In this document: one piece after another, positions 63,800 through 64,000 of the stretch | Position numbering within the stretch: position 1 is the first letter of the stretch | How the letters are laid out: each line of letters starts with the position of its first letter | The notes under the pieces: model-generated | Database searches by the model: none | The model's input: only the letters and a program-made list of their open reading frames with translations | Told to the model about the DNA's origin: nothing | Origin: Monocercomonoides exilis PA203 | Lineage: Eukaryota; Protista; Preaxostyla | Length of the DNA stretch: 64,000 bases | Reading direction: 5' to 3' | Assembly: GCA_001643675.2 (NCBI GenBank) | Contig: LSRY02000009.1 | Location: forward strand, 124,001 to 188,000 | Program-made: the position numbers and the translations under genes

Positions 63800-64000
63800 A
63801 GAATTATTCAATCAGCTGGAAGATTGCGAGGAGGAAGTGCAGAAAGTCAAAAAAGATAAACCAAATATGACAGTGAAAGATTTGAATAACGTTGAATTTT
63901 AAATTGTCTTCATGAAGAAACTGTCAAACAAAATGGACAAAATGATGAAAGAAAAGAAAATTCCTTTGAATGGTTAGCTTTTAAAAGAGACATATTGGAT
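63800..64000 (+). pseudogene. Degenerate 5' part of another helical-family copy, cut by the window edge
   Basis: After a polypyrimidine-AG acceptor it reads LFNQLEDCEEEVQK..NKMDKMMKEKKIPLN, matching exon 2 of the paralogs, with frameshifts and stops. Confidence 0.6.

Noticed and set aside
1-64000. tRNA and rRNA genes
   Set aside because: No cloverleaf or rRNA-like segment was recognised by eye; tRNAscan-SE and Infernal were not run.

Overview
This is eukaryotic, AT-rich, intron-containing DNA read with the standard code (conserved genes end in TAA/TGA). Poly-Ser/Glu low-complexity inserts, short GT-AG introns and the expanded gene families resemble the oxymonad Monocercomonoides; that assignment is inference, not verified. 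A compact housekeeping block (5-19 kb) holds a very long MSH6, a kinesin-3/FHA motor ending in a CaaX motif, and a PHO80-type cyclin. The accessory DNA around it contains three giant Cys/Gly-rich beta-helix-like single-pass membrane proteins (two broken only by in-frame stops, one ending in a pseudokinase) and a mosaic fragment of one of them. It also has five copies or fragments of a lineage-specific helical protein family and two decayed Merlin/IS1595-type transposases. Inverted-repeat elements are dense: a Merlin-type MITE with an 8-bp TSD, TA-flanked elements with 350-500 bp arms, a perfect 276-bp foldback, and a two-copy hairpin family whose stems co-vary.
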